From positions 61,142 to 125,141 of the forward strand of contig DIAJ01000032.1 of the NCBI GenBank assembly GCA_002415785.1: DNA of 64,000 nucleotides, read 5' to 3'. The DNA comes from Flavobacteriales bacterium UBA5081. GTDB taxonomy: Bacteria > Bacteroidota > Bacteroidia > Flavobacteriales_E > Vicingaceae. Positions 55,562 through 64,000 of this stretch are shown piece after piece. The notes under the pieces are model-generated. The model made no database searches and was not told the origin of the DNA. It saw only the letters and a list, made by a program, of their open reading frames with translations. The position numbers were made by a program, and so were the translations under genes. Position 1 is the first letter of the stretch. The number at the start of each line of letters is the position of its first letter.

Positions 55562-55646
55562 TATATCTCGCTCTACTGAATATTTTAATTTCTTAAAGTT
55601 TTGGTCTTTTCAGATTAGTTAACTTCGCAGAGCATCTATTTCACCT

Positions 55647-57953
55647 ATGGTTAAACTTTCAACTGCTGTTTACAAAGTTAGTTTTTTAAGTGCGATTATA
55701 CTGCTTAGCATTACATGGTCATGCGGTCCGGCGAGGCATTTAAAAGAAGATCAGCGCCTGCTTACCAAGGTAAAAATTAAGGCAAGCAGCGGAAATCAGT
55801 ACAACGAAGATTTGCTGTCAGTGGTAAAACAACGCCCTAACCGCAAGCTTTTAGGAATGTTTAAAATTTACTTGGGCGTATACAATTTATTCTACCACAA
55901 AGAAGACAGCAAAATAAAAGAGAACATTGGTGAGCCACCGGTTATTTACGATTCTACTACCAATGCAACCTCTGTAAAGTTAATGACCAAATACCTACAA
56001 AACTTAGGATATTATGATGCTAAAGTCAGCTGGGAACATAAAGTCAAAAAGAAAAGAGCTTGGGTTAAATACAAAATAGACAAGGGAAAAAGATACAAAA
56101 TCAACAAGTTGAGTTATCAAGTTGAAAACCCAAATATTCGTTCCATTTTTTATCAAGATACGGCTTCCTCTCACCTAAAAGTGGGTAAAAATTTTGATTT
56201 AGACTTAATGTCGAAGGAGCGGCAACGAATTGAAAAACAACTAAAAAATGCAGGATATTATCGCTTTTCGCGAGAGTTTGTGGTTTTTGAAGCAGACACT
56301 TCTCGAACCAATAAAACAGCGAACCTTACGCTAAACATTAAAAATAAGGTAGATAAATTTCAAGATACCGATTCGCTGGTAGAAAGTCGCCATCAAATTT
56401 ACACCATTAGTAAAGTATATGTCCGCATGAACTACAGCGCTCAACGAATGCAAAACCGCAGCGGCGACACTACTCAAATTGATGATTTAACCTTTATTGA
56501 TCTGGGCGATTACGAATTAAAAAAGAACTTTTTGGCGCGATTAATTAACATTCGTCCCGGAGATCGCTATCAAGTGAGCGCACAAGAGCAAACTTATGCT
56601 AACCTTTCGGCTTTGCGCGTATTTTCTTATGTGAGTATTCACTATGAAGATGACTACGACAGTAAAGGAAATAAGCTGGATGTTTACATCGACCTAAATC
56701 CTTCTAAACAAAAATCTTATTCAGTGCAAACGGAAGGAACAAATAATGGTGGCAACTTGGGGGTAAATGCCAACCTGGCTTTTCAAAACAACAATACTTT
56801 TAATGGCGCTGAACTGTTGGACATTCGCTTTAAAGGTGGTTTAGAAGCACAGCAAATTCTCACCGAAGAAGAAAATACCGACATAGCAAATAACTTTTTG
56901 CCGTTTAATACATTTGAGTTTGGACCGGAGGCGAGCATTGAAATTCCGCGCTTTCTGTTGCCGATAAAAATGAGTCGCTATTCTTTTAAAGGAAATCCTA
57001 GAACCACTTTCAACGCTTCTTACAACTACCAAGAACGTCCGGATTACATTCGCAATGTTTCTAAGGTTTATATGGCTTACAGCTGGAATGAAACGCCGCA
57101 GAAAACACACATCGTTCAGCCCATCGACTTAAGTTACATCAACCTAACCCCTAGTCCGCGCTTTGAGCAAATACTTGAACAAATCAACAATCCTTTTTTG
57201 AGAAACAGCTATACCGACAACTTAATTTTAGCTTTGAAGTACAGCTTTATTTGGAACACCAAAACCAATAACAGCAAGAAAGATCATTTTTTCTTTCGCT
57301 TTAATGCGGAGTCTGCCGGAAACCTTTTGTCGGCATTAACGAAAAACAGCAGTTTACAGCAAAACGAAGACGGTTCATACAATGTGGCGGGCATTCGCTT
57401 TGCACAATACGCTCGCAGCGATTTTGATTTCCGCTACTATCAAAACTTCGACTACAACCAATTGGTCTATCGTTTTGCGGCAGGTTTGGGAGTTCCTTAT
57501 GGAAATAGTAAAGCGCTGCCTTTTGAAAAGAGTTTTTATGCCGGCGGTGCCAATGGGATTAGAGCATGGAGAGCAAGAGAACTAGGTCCCGGTAGTTTGC
57601 CGGATTCCTCAGAGTCGAATGTAGATCAAATTGGTAATATGAGCTTGGAGGGCAATGTAGAGCTGCGCTTCCCCATTACCGGAATATTTGAAGGAGCAGC
57701 TTTTGTAGATGCCGGTAACATTTGGAATGTAGACCAAGAAGACATTCGTCCGAGTACAGAGTTTTCAATTGAAAATTTATGGAAAGGTACGGCAATCGGC
57801 ATAGGCGCGGGACTTCGTTTAAACTTCACCTTTTTTGTGATGCGTTTAGATATTGCCACTCCTATAAAAGACCCAGGCAGCCTTGACCCCTACTTAATTA
57901 AAAGCAGATGGAATCGCACGAATTTAAATTTGGGTATTGGTTATCCGTTCTAA
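55647..57953 (+). CDS. BamA/TamA-family (Omp85, surface antigen D15) outer membrane protein
   Basis: 768 aa with signal/lipobox (LLSITWSC), POTRA-like repeats, and a C-terminal Omp85 barrel with GG..G(I/V)R(A/G)W and a terminal ...NLGIGYPF. Confidence 0.8.
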   Translation: MVKLSTAVYKVSFLSAIILLSITWSCGPARHLKEDQRLLTKVKIKASSGNQYNEDLLSVVKQRPNRKLLGMFKIYLGVYNLFYHKEDSKIKENIGEPPVIYDSTTNATSVKLMTKYLQNLGYYDAKVSWEHKVKKKRAWVKYKIDKGKRYKINKLSYQVENPNIRSIFYQDTASSHLKVGKNFDLDLMSKERQRIEKQLKNAGYYRFSREFVVFEADTSRTNKTANLTLNIKNKVDKFQDTDSLVESRHQIYTISKVYVRMNYSAQRMQNRSGDTTQIDDLTFIDLGDYELKKNFLARLINIRPGDRYQVSAQEQTYANLSALRVFSYVSIHYEDDYDSKGNKLDVYIDLNPSKQKSYSVQTEGTNNGGNLGVNANLAFQNNNTFNGAELLDIRFKGGLEAQQILTEEENTDIANNFLPFNTFEFGPEASIEIPRFLLPIKMSRYSFKGNPRTTFNASYNYQERPDYIRNVSKVYMAYSWNETPQKTHIVQPIDLSYINLTPSPRFEQILEQINNPFLRNSYTDNLILALKYSFIWNTKTNNSKKDHFFFRFNAESAGNLLSALTKNSSLQQNEDGSYNVAGIRFAQYARSDFDFRYYQNFDYNQLVYRFAAGLGVPYGNSKALPFEKSFYAGGANGIRAWRARELGPGSLPDSSESNVDQIGNMSLEGNVELRFPITGIFEGAAFVDAGNIWNVDQEDIRPSTEFSIENLWKGTAIGIGAGLRLNFTFFVMRLDIATPIKDPGSLDPYLIKSRWNRTNLNLGIGYPF

Positions 57954-58236
57954 GTTGAATAAAGTTTGAAGTTTTTTTTAGAGTATAGAATATAGAGAAA
58001 AGACCGCTTCGCTGCAAGAAACAAGAGGTTAGAAGTTTTGCATCAATATACTGCGAAGAAAGACACCAATTCTCGCGACAGCGAGACGCTTTCAACTTTC
58101 AATGCTTCATATTTCATATTTTAAAAGAGTTTCATCTTTCATATTTTCACAGTCTGCATCATTTTATTATTTATTTGCTTGATAATAGCGTGAGATTTTT
58201 ATTAGCTTTGCCACGCTTTTTTAACATTGAAAACAG

Positions 58237-59301
58237 ATGTCATTAAATAAAATTGAAGAATTATTAGGAGCTGAAAAAGAATCACTTCTTCAGCATGAAA
58301 GTAAAACATTTGACAAAAGTATGCTTCATTTGCCCGGTCCTGACTTTGTGGATCGAGTATTTAAGGACAGCAATAGAAGTCCGCAAGTGCTTAAAAGCTT
58401 GCAGTCTTTATACAATCACGGTCGCTTAGGCGGCAGCGGTTATTTGTCAATTTTACCGGTTGATCAAGGAATTGAGCATTCAGCAGGAGCTTCATTTGCT
58501 CCCAATCCAATTTATTTCGACCCGGAGAACATTGTAAAGTTAGCTGTAGAAGGCGGTTGTAACGCAGTTGCATCAACTTTTGGTGTTTTGGCTTCTGTTT
58601 CAAGAAAATATGCACACAAAATACCTTTTGTGGTGAAGTTAAACCACAACGAACTGTTGACTTATCCAAATACCTATTCGCAAATTTCTTTTGGTTCAGT
58701 AGATGAAGCGTGGAATTTAGGTGCTACTGCAGTGGGAGCAACCATTTATTTTGGCTCAGACGACAGCAACCGCCAAATTGTAGAAATTGCAGAAGCTTTT
58801 GAAAGAGCTCACGAATTGGGAATGGCGACAATTCTTTGGTGTTACTTACGCAACAGCGGTTTCAAAAAAGACGGAAAAGATTACCATACGGCTACCGACA
58901 TTACTGCTCAGGCGAATCACTTGGGGGTAACCATTCAAGCCGACATCATAAAACAAAAATTACCAACTTTAAATGGCGGTTACACAGCTATTGGATTTGG
59001 TAAAACTCACGATAAAGTATATAGTGAATTAACCACTGACCATCCAATTGACCTTTGTCGTTACCAAGTAGCCAATTGTTACATGGGGCGCTCAGGATTA
59101 ATCAATTCTGGTGGTGCTTCTACCGGTTCCGAATCATCAGATTTGGCTGATGCAGTTACTACTGCTGTCATCAATAAAAGAGCCGGAGGACACGGATTAA
59201 TTTCAGGCAGAAAAGCGTTCCAAAAACCAATGAACGAAGGTGTGGAACTTTTAAATGCCATTCAAGATGTTTATCTTGCAGAAGAAATTACGATTAGTTA
59301 A
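58237..59301 (+). CDS. fbaB: Class I fructose-bisphosphate aldolase (FbaB/DhnA type)
   Basis: It is strongly collinear with my recollection of E. coli FbaB: [88 protein letters not shown]. Confidence 0.9.
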   Translation: MSLNKIEELLGAEKESLLQHESKTFDKSMLHLPGPDFVDRVFKDSNRSPQVLKSLQSLYNHGRLGGSGYLSILPVDQGIEHSAGASFAPNPIYFDPENIVKLAVEGGCNAVASTFGVLASVSRKYAHKIPFVVKLNHNELLTYPNTYSQISFGSVDEAWNLGATAVGATIYFGSDDSNRQIVEIAEAFERAHELGMATILWCYLRNSGFKKDGKDYHTATDITAQANHLGVTIQADIIKQKLPTLNGGYTAIGFGKTHDKVYSELTTDHPIDLCRYQVANCYMGRSGLINSGGASTGSESSDLADAVTTAVINKRAGGHGLISGRKAFQKPMNEGVELLNAIQDVYLAEEITIS

Positions 59302-59326
59302 AAAACACTAAAAACAGCAATCCTTT

Positions 59327-60190
59327 ATGGGCTGGTTTAAAAGAATAAAACACGGAATCTCAACTCCTACTCAGGAGAAAAAAGAAACACCGGAAGGACT
59401 TTGGTATAAATGCCCAAGTTGCAATACGGTAATTCCACAAGATGATCACAATAAAGAGTTAAGCGTTTGTCATGAATGTGGTCATCACGAGCGCATAGGC
59501 TCTGAAGAATATTTCAACATTTTGTTTGATGAAGGAAAGTATTCCGAAATCAACAAAAGCCTTTCTTCAGCAGATCCACTCAACTTTACGGATACCAAAA
59601 AGTACAAAGAGCGCATTAAGGCTACCCAAAAGAAAACCAAACTAAAAGATGCTGTGCGCACTGCACACGGTACTGTTGAAGGACATAAACTTATGGTAGC
59701 TTGCATGGACTTTGGTTTTATTGGGGGATCTATGGGTTCAGTTGTGGGAGAGAAAATTGCCCGGGCAATTGATTATTGCATCAAAAACGAAATGCCGTTT
59801 ATGATGATTTCAAAGTCGGGTGGCGCGAGAATGATGGAAGCAGCTTTTTCTTTAATGCAAATGGCGAAGACTTCAGCTAAATTAACACAGTTAGCAGAAG
59901 CTAAACTACCATACTTTTCATTCTTAACCGACCCAACAACAGGTGGCGTTACCGCATCTTTTGCCATGCTGGGCGACTTAAACTTTGCGGAACCAAACGC
60001 CTTAATCGGCTTTGCCGGTCCGCGCGTGGTTAAAGAAACCATTGGAAAAGATTTACCGGAAGGATTTCAACGCTCTGAGTTCCTGCTAGAGCACGGTTTT
60101 CTCGATTTTATTGTAGAACGAAAAAACTTGAAGCAAAAAATGGCTCAATTAATAAGAATGTTTTACAATAAAAGTGAAAGTCAACAATAA
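59327..60190 (+). CDS. accD: Acetyl-CoA carboxylase carboxyltransferase beta subunit
   Basis: It has the N-terminal zinc ribbon CPSCNTV....CHECGHH, plus [15 protein letters not shown] and GGARMMEA motifs. Confidence 0.95.
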   Translation: MGWFKRIKHGISTPTQEKKETPEGLWYKCPSCNTVIPQDDHNKELSVCHECGHHERIGSEEYFNILFDEGKYSEINKSLSSADPLNFTDTKKYKERIKATQKKTKLKDAVRTAHGTVEGHKLMVACMDFGFIGGSMGSVVGEKIARAIDYCIKNEMPFMMISKSGGARMMEAAFSLMQMAKTSAKLTQLAEAKLPYFSFLTDPTTGGVTASFAMLGDLNFAEPNALIGFAGPRVVKETIGKDLPEGFQRSEFLLEHGFLDFIVERKNLKQKMAQLIRMFYNKSESQQ

Positions 60191-60231
60191 TTTTAATACA
60201 TTTGCACCCTTAAAATTTATAGGAAGAAAAT

Positions 60232-60501
60232 ATGGCGCTTACAACGGAAAAGAAACAAGCAATCTTTGAAAAATTCGGTCAAGGTAAAAATGACAGTGGT
60301 TCAACTGAAGGTCAAATTGCACTTTTCACTGAAAGAATCAATGACTTAACAAATCACTTGAAAGAGAATCAGAAAGATTTTGCAACAGAAAAAGCTTTGG
60401 TTACCCTTGTAGGTAAGCGAAGAAGATTGTTAGATTATTTAAAAAACAAAGATATTTTAAAATACAGAGAGTTGATTAAAGAGTTAGGCATCAGAAAATA
60501 A
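60232..60501 (+). CDS. rpsO: 30S ribosomal protein S15
   Basis: 89 aa with GSTEGQIALFTERINDLTNHLKENQKDFATEKALVTLVGKRRRLLDYL. It lies upstream of pnp, which is the classical arrangement. Confidence 0.95.
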   Translation: MALTTEKKQAIFEKFGQGKNDSGSTEGQIALFTERINDLTNHLKENQKDFATEKALVTLVGKRRRLLDYLKNKDILKYRELIKELGIRK

Positions 60502-60540
60502 TGTTGTCTACACATTCAACACTTTTTACAATTTCAATAG

Positions 60541-60574
60541 AGGGGGGCATTTGAAAACAAGTCCCCCTTTTTTT
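60541..60574 (+). terminator. Hairpin plus T-run after rpsO (terminator/pnp leader structure)
   Basis: The sequence is aggggg...ccccct followed by ttttttt. Confidence 0.5.
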
Positions 60575-60648
60575 ATATTAAAAATCGAAAACTGCTTGAG
60601 AAAAGCTCAAGTATATTAACATTAAAAATTACAGATTAATACATATTT

Positions 60649-62781
60649 ATGTCACAAATTGCAACAACACAAACAATCAATCTTCCAGACGGACGGGAGA
60701 TTACCCTAGAAACCGGAAAGCTTGCTAAGCAAGCCGATGGTGCAGTGGTTTTAAAAATGGGAAAAACCATGTTATTAGCCACTGTGGTTTCAAATAAAGA
60801 AGCCGGAGAAAACATTGACTTTTTACCTTTAATGGTAGATTACCGCGAAAAATTCTCCTCAATCGGACGTTTTCCCGGAGGATTTTTGAAAAGAGAATCT
60901 AGGCCTTCTGACTCAGAAGTTTTAGTTTCAAGACTAGTTGATCGTGCATTGCGTCCTTTATTTCCCGACGATTATCACGGCGACACCATTTTGCAGATTT
61001 CTCTAATTTCTGCCGAAGAAAATGTACTTCCAGATGCTTTAGCATGCTTTGCTGCTTCTGCAGCCCTTGCTGTTTCAGATATTCCTTTCAACGGCCCAAC
61101 TTCTGAAGTAAGAATTGCTCGCATCAACAACGATTGGAAAATCAATCCAAATTTAGATGAATTAAAAGAAGCTGATATCGACCTTATGGTTGCCGGAACA
61201 ATGGACAGCATTGTAATGGTAGAAGGTGAAATGAAAGAGGTTTCTGAAGAAGAAATGCTTCAAGCCATTGAAGAGGCTCATAAAAGCATTCAGCAACAAT
61301 GTCAAGCTCAAATTGACTTGGCAGCAAAAGTTGAAAAAGCCAACCCAAAAAGAGAATACAATCACGAAAGCAAAGACGAAGCACTTTTAGAGCAAATCAA
61401 TGCTTTTGCTTATGAAAAATGTTACGCCATTGCAAAAGAAGGTTTAGCCGATAAACACGAGCGTTCAAATCGCTTTAAAGCAGTAAAAGAAGATTTTATT
61501 GCCACTTTAAGTGAAGAAGAAGCTTCAGAAAAAGCATTTTTAATCGGACAATACTTTGGTAAAGTTCAAAAAGAAGCAGTAAGAGACTGTGTATTGAACG
61601 AACGCATTCGTTTGGACGGTAGAAAAATGGACGAAATTCGCCCAATTTGGTCGGAGATTGACTACTTACCTGGAGCACACGGTTCAGCTATTTTTACTAG
61701 AGGAGAAACTCAATCCTTAACATCTATTACTTTAGGTAGTAAAATGGATGAGCAGAGAATTGACGGTGCAGTAATTGTCGATTCAGACAAATTTATTTTA
61801 CACTACAACTTTCCATCATTCTCTACCGGAGAAGCTCGTCCTAACAGAGGACCCGGAAGAAGAGAAGTTGGACATGGAAACTTGGCAATGCGTGCACTTA
61901 AGCCAATGGTTCCAACAGGAATTGAAAATCCATATACGATTAGAGTAGTTTCTGATATTTTAGAATCTAATGGTTCTTCATCAATGGCAACTGTTTGTGC
62001 AGGTTCATTAGCCTTGATGGATGCAGGTATTAAAATGAAAAAACCGGTTTCAGGTATTGCCATGGGTTTAATTTCCAAAGGTGATAAATACGCCGTTCTT
62101 TCAGACATTTTAGGTGATGAAGATCACTTAGGAGACATGGACTTTAAAGTTACCGGAACTGAAGACGGTATTACTGCTTGTCAAATGGACATTAAAATCA
62201 GCGGACTTTCTTTCCAAGTAATTGGAGAAGCCTTAAAGCAAGCAAGAGCAGGAAGGTTGCACATTTTAGGAGAAATGCAAAAAACCATTTCTGTGCCTAG
62301 AGATAACTACAAGTCAAATGCTCCTCGTATCATTCAAATGGTTATTCCTAAAGAAATGATTGGTGCTGTAATCGGACCGGGTGGAAAGATCATTCAAAGC
62401 ATTCAAGAAGAAACAGGAACTACAATTGTTTTAGAGGAAGTTGACAACAAAGGAGTTATTGATATCGTATCAACCGACCAAGAAGGCTCTGATGAAGCTG
62501 TACGCCGAATTAAAGCCATTACAGCTGTTCCTGAAGTGGGAGAAACCTACAAAGGAAAAGTGAAGTCAATAGTTCCTTTTGGTGCATTTGTTGAAGTTTT
62601 ACCCGGACAAGATGGATTGCTTCACATTTCTGAAATCGCTCATAAAAGAGTAGAAAATGTGGAAGACTTCTTGAAAGAAGGTGATGTAATCGAAGTGAAA
62701 TTAGTAGCAATTGACCCGAAGACGAAAAAGTTTAAGCTTTCTAGGAAAGCTTTACTTGAAAAGCCAGAACAACAGAACTAA
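60649..62781 (+). CDS. pnp: Polyribonucleotide nucleotidyltransferase (PNPase)
   Basis: 710 aa with two RNase PH domains, KH ([20 protein letters not shown]) and S1 ([32 protein letters not shown]) domains. Confidence 0.97.
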   Translation: MSQIATTQTINLPDGREITLETGKLAKQADGAVVLKMGKTMLLATVVSNKEAGENIDFLPLMVDYREKFSSIGRFPGGFLKRESRPSDSEVLVSRLVDRALRPLFPDDYHGDTILQISLISAEENVLPDALACFAASAALAVSDIPFNGPTSEVRIARINNDWKINPNLDELKEADIDLMVAGTMDSIVMVEGEMKEVSEEEMLQAIEEAHKSIQQQCQAQIDLAAKVEKANPKREYNHESKDEALLEQINAFAYEKCYAIAKEGLADKHERSNRFKAVKEDFIATLSEEEASEKAFLIGQYFGKVQKEAVRDCVLNERIRLDGRKMDEIRPIWSEIDYLPGAHGSAIFTRGETQSLTSITLGSKMDEQRIDGAVIVDSDKFILHYNFPSFSTGEARPNRGPGRREVGHGNLAMRALKPMVPTGIENPYTIRVVSDILESNGSSSMATVCAGSLALMDAGIKMKKPVSGIAMGLISKGDKYAVLSDILGDEDHLGDMDFKVTGTEDGITACQMDIKISGLSFQVIGEALKQARAGRLHILGEMQKTISVPRDNYKSNAPRIIQMVIPKEMIGAVIGPGGKIIQSIQEETGTTIVLEEVDNKGVIDIVSTDQEGSDEAVRRIKAITAVPEVGETYKGKVKSIVPFGAFVEVLPGQDGLLHISEIAHKRVENVEDFLKEGDVIEVKLVAIDPKTKKFKLSRKALLEKPEQQN

Positions 62782-62806
62782 ACTCTAACTTACAAGTAAA
62801 TAGAAA

Positions 62807-62836
62807 GGGTCGCTTAAAATTAAGCGACCCTTTTTT
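62807..62836 (+). terminator. Rho-independent terminator after pnp
   Basis: It has a perfect 10-bp stem gggtcgctta/taagcgaccc, a 4-nt loop, then tttttt. Confidence 0.8.
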
Positions 62837-62964
62837 ATTTAGAATGATTCTAAATTAATTTGTTAATAAATGTAAATAAAGGAAAATGCTTGAAATTTGG
62901 TTAGTTTTATAGGTGACTTATCTACCCGGAGTCTATACTTACGAACTAACCAAAGCTTAAATGT

Positions 62965-63831
62965 ATGAGACAACTTAAGATTAGTAAGAGCATTACCAAT
63001 CGAAAAACTATTTCGCTCGATCGTTATTTACAGGAAATTAGCAAAGAAGACCTCATTACTGCGGAGGAAGAAGTTGAATTAGCTAGACGCATAAAGCAAG
63101 GAGATGCTGTTGCTTTGGAAAAGCTAACCAAGGCAAACCTCCGATTTGTCGTATCTGTTTCAAAGCAATATCAAAACCAAGGTTTAAGTTTACCCGATTT
63201 AATTAACGAAGGAAATTTAGGTTTGATTAAAGCTGCTCAGCGATTTGATGAAACTCGAGGCTTTAAATTTATCTCCTATGCCGTTTGGTGGATTCGTCAA
63301 TCTATCCTGCAGGCATTAGCAGAACAATCAAGAATTGTGCGCTTACCTCTTAACAAAATTGGCACGATTAATAAAGTGCGAAAAACTTTTAATGAGTTAG
63401 AACAAAAATTTGAAAGAGAACCATTAGAGCATGAAATTGCCGAATGTCTAGAAATGAACTTAATCGACATTAAGGCATCGATGAAAAATAATCGCCGACA
63501 TATTTCTATGGATGCGCCAATTTCAAGTGACGAAGACAGCAGCAATATGTATGAGCTCATGTGTAATGAAGACAGTCTCGATCCCGATAATCAACTTGTT
63601 CATCAATCACTTTGTGAGGAAATTGAGCGCCTGTTAAAAGCACTACCGTCAAGAGAAGCAGAAGTTGTTCGTTTGTTTTTTGGATTAAATAATAGAACAC
63701 CCTTGAGTTTAGAAGAAATTGGACAACAGTTTAATCTAACAAGAGAAAGAGTTCGGCAAATTAAAGAAAAGGCTGTCAGACGTTTAAAGATAAACTCAAA
63801 ATGTGAAATGCTAAAAAGCTATTTAGGTTAA
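62965..63831 (+). CDS. rpoD: Primary RNA polymerase sigma factor (Bacteroidota sigma-A type)
   Basis: Region 2 is [53 protein letters not shown]. Region 4 is [24 protein letters not shown]. The 288-aa size is typical of Bacteroidota SigA. Confidence 0.9.
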   Translation: MRQLKISKSITNRKTISLDRYLQEISKEDLITAEEEVELARRIKQGDAVALEKLTKANLRFVVSVSKQYQNQGLSLPDLINEGNLGLIKAAQRFDETRGFKFISYAVWWIRQSILQALAEQSRIVRLPLNKIGTINKVRKTFNELEQKFEREPLEHEIAECLEMNLIDIKASMKNNRRHISMDAPISSDEDSSNMYELMCNEDSLDPDNQLVHQSLCEEIERLLKALPSREAEVVRLFFGLNNRTPLSLEEIGQQFNLTRERVRQIKEKAVRRLKINSKCEMLKSYLG

Positions 63832-63871
63832 AAAATTGCCAAGCGAAAGCGCTAACTTTGCCAAAAAAAAG

Positions 63872-64000
63872 ATGGCACATTACATTGCACCCTCCATTTT
63901 AGCTGCGGACTTTTCTAACTTAAAAGAAGCCTGCGAAATCATCAACAACAGTGAAGCAGATTATTATCACATTGACGTAATGGACGGTCATTTTGTACCC
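63872..64000 (+). CDS. rpe: Ribulose-phosphate 3-epimerase (5' part; runs off the window)
   Basis: [17 protein letters not shown]......I.....[12 protein letters not shown] is the canonical Rpe N-terminus. Confidence 0.85.
   Translation, partial: MAHYIAPSILAADFSNLKEACEIINNSEADYYHIDVMDGHFVP

Noticed and set aside
57898-58095. 65-aa minus-strand ORF between the BamA-like gene and fbaB, and 43169..43354 (61 aa) upstream of tetR
   Set aside because: They sit in promoter or terminator spacers, have poor composition and show no motifs. They are likely spurious.
1-64000. CRISPR arrays, tRNA, rRNA and tmRNA genes
   Set aside because: I saw no regularly spaced short repeats, no tRNA-like T-arm/acceptor signatures (GGTTCGAATCC-type) and no rRNA-like conserved blocks on either strand. 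This was a visual scan only, so tRNAscan-SE/Infernal should confirm it.

Overview
This is an AT-rich chromosomal window that looks like Bacteroidota. The evidence is a PorQ-like T9SS gene next to cmk, a 288-aa sigma-A, a class I FbaB aldolase, frequent lipoprotein and signal peptides, and an absence of Shine-Dalgarno-driven spacing. The left 37 kb is accessory DNA dominated by one very large polymorphic-toxin locus. That locus has a divergent 875-aa candidate outer-membrane protein, a 373-aa exported protein, a 2290-aa SpvB/TcB-like protein, a 3224-aa RHS/YD-repeat toxin and an exported immunity protein. A ~10.7 kb recombinase-bearing island follows (two overlapping tyrosine recombinases, a P-loop replication-like ATPase, an XRE regulator, a YhcG/PD-(D/E)xK nuclease, several orphan genes and unusually structured intergenic DNA). 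After it comes an array of orphan Rhs toxin tips with exported immunity genes. The right 27 kb is housekeeping: rpsA, ispH, cmk, a TetR-ABC-HlyD-TolC exporter, trmH-like, a BamA/TamA-like gene, fbaB, accD, rpsO, pnp, rpoD and the rpe start. It is interrupted at 49.0-54.8 kb by a small cassette-like islet. The islet holds a Hanks kinase operon, an L,D-transpeptidase, a ~130-bp repeat placed immediately 3' of genes, and an ORF-less group II intron with a near-canonical domain V. I found no rRNA, tRNA or CRISPR array. All calls come from reading the sequence and ORF translations by eye; no database search was run.
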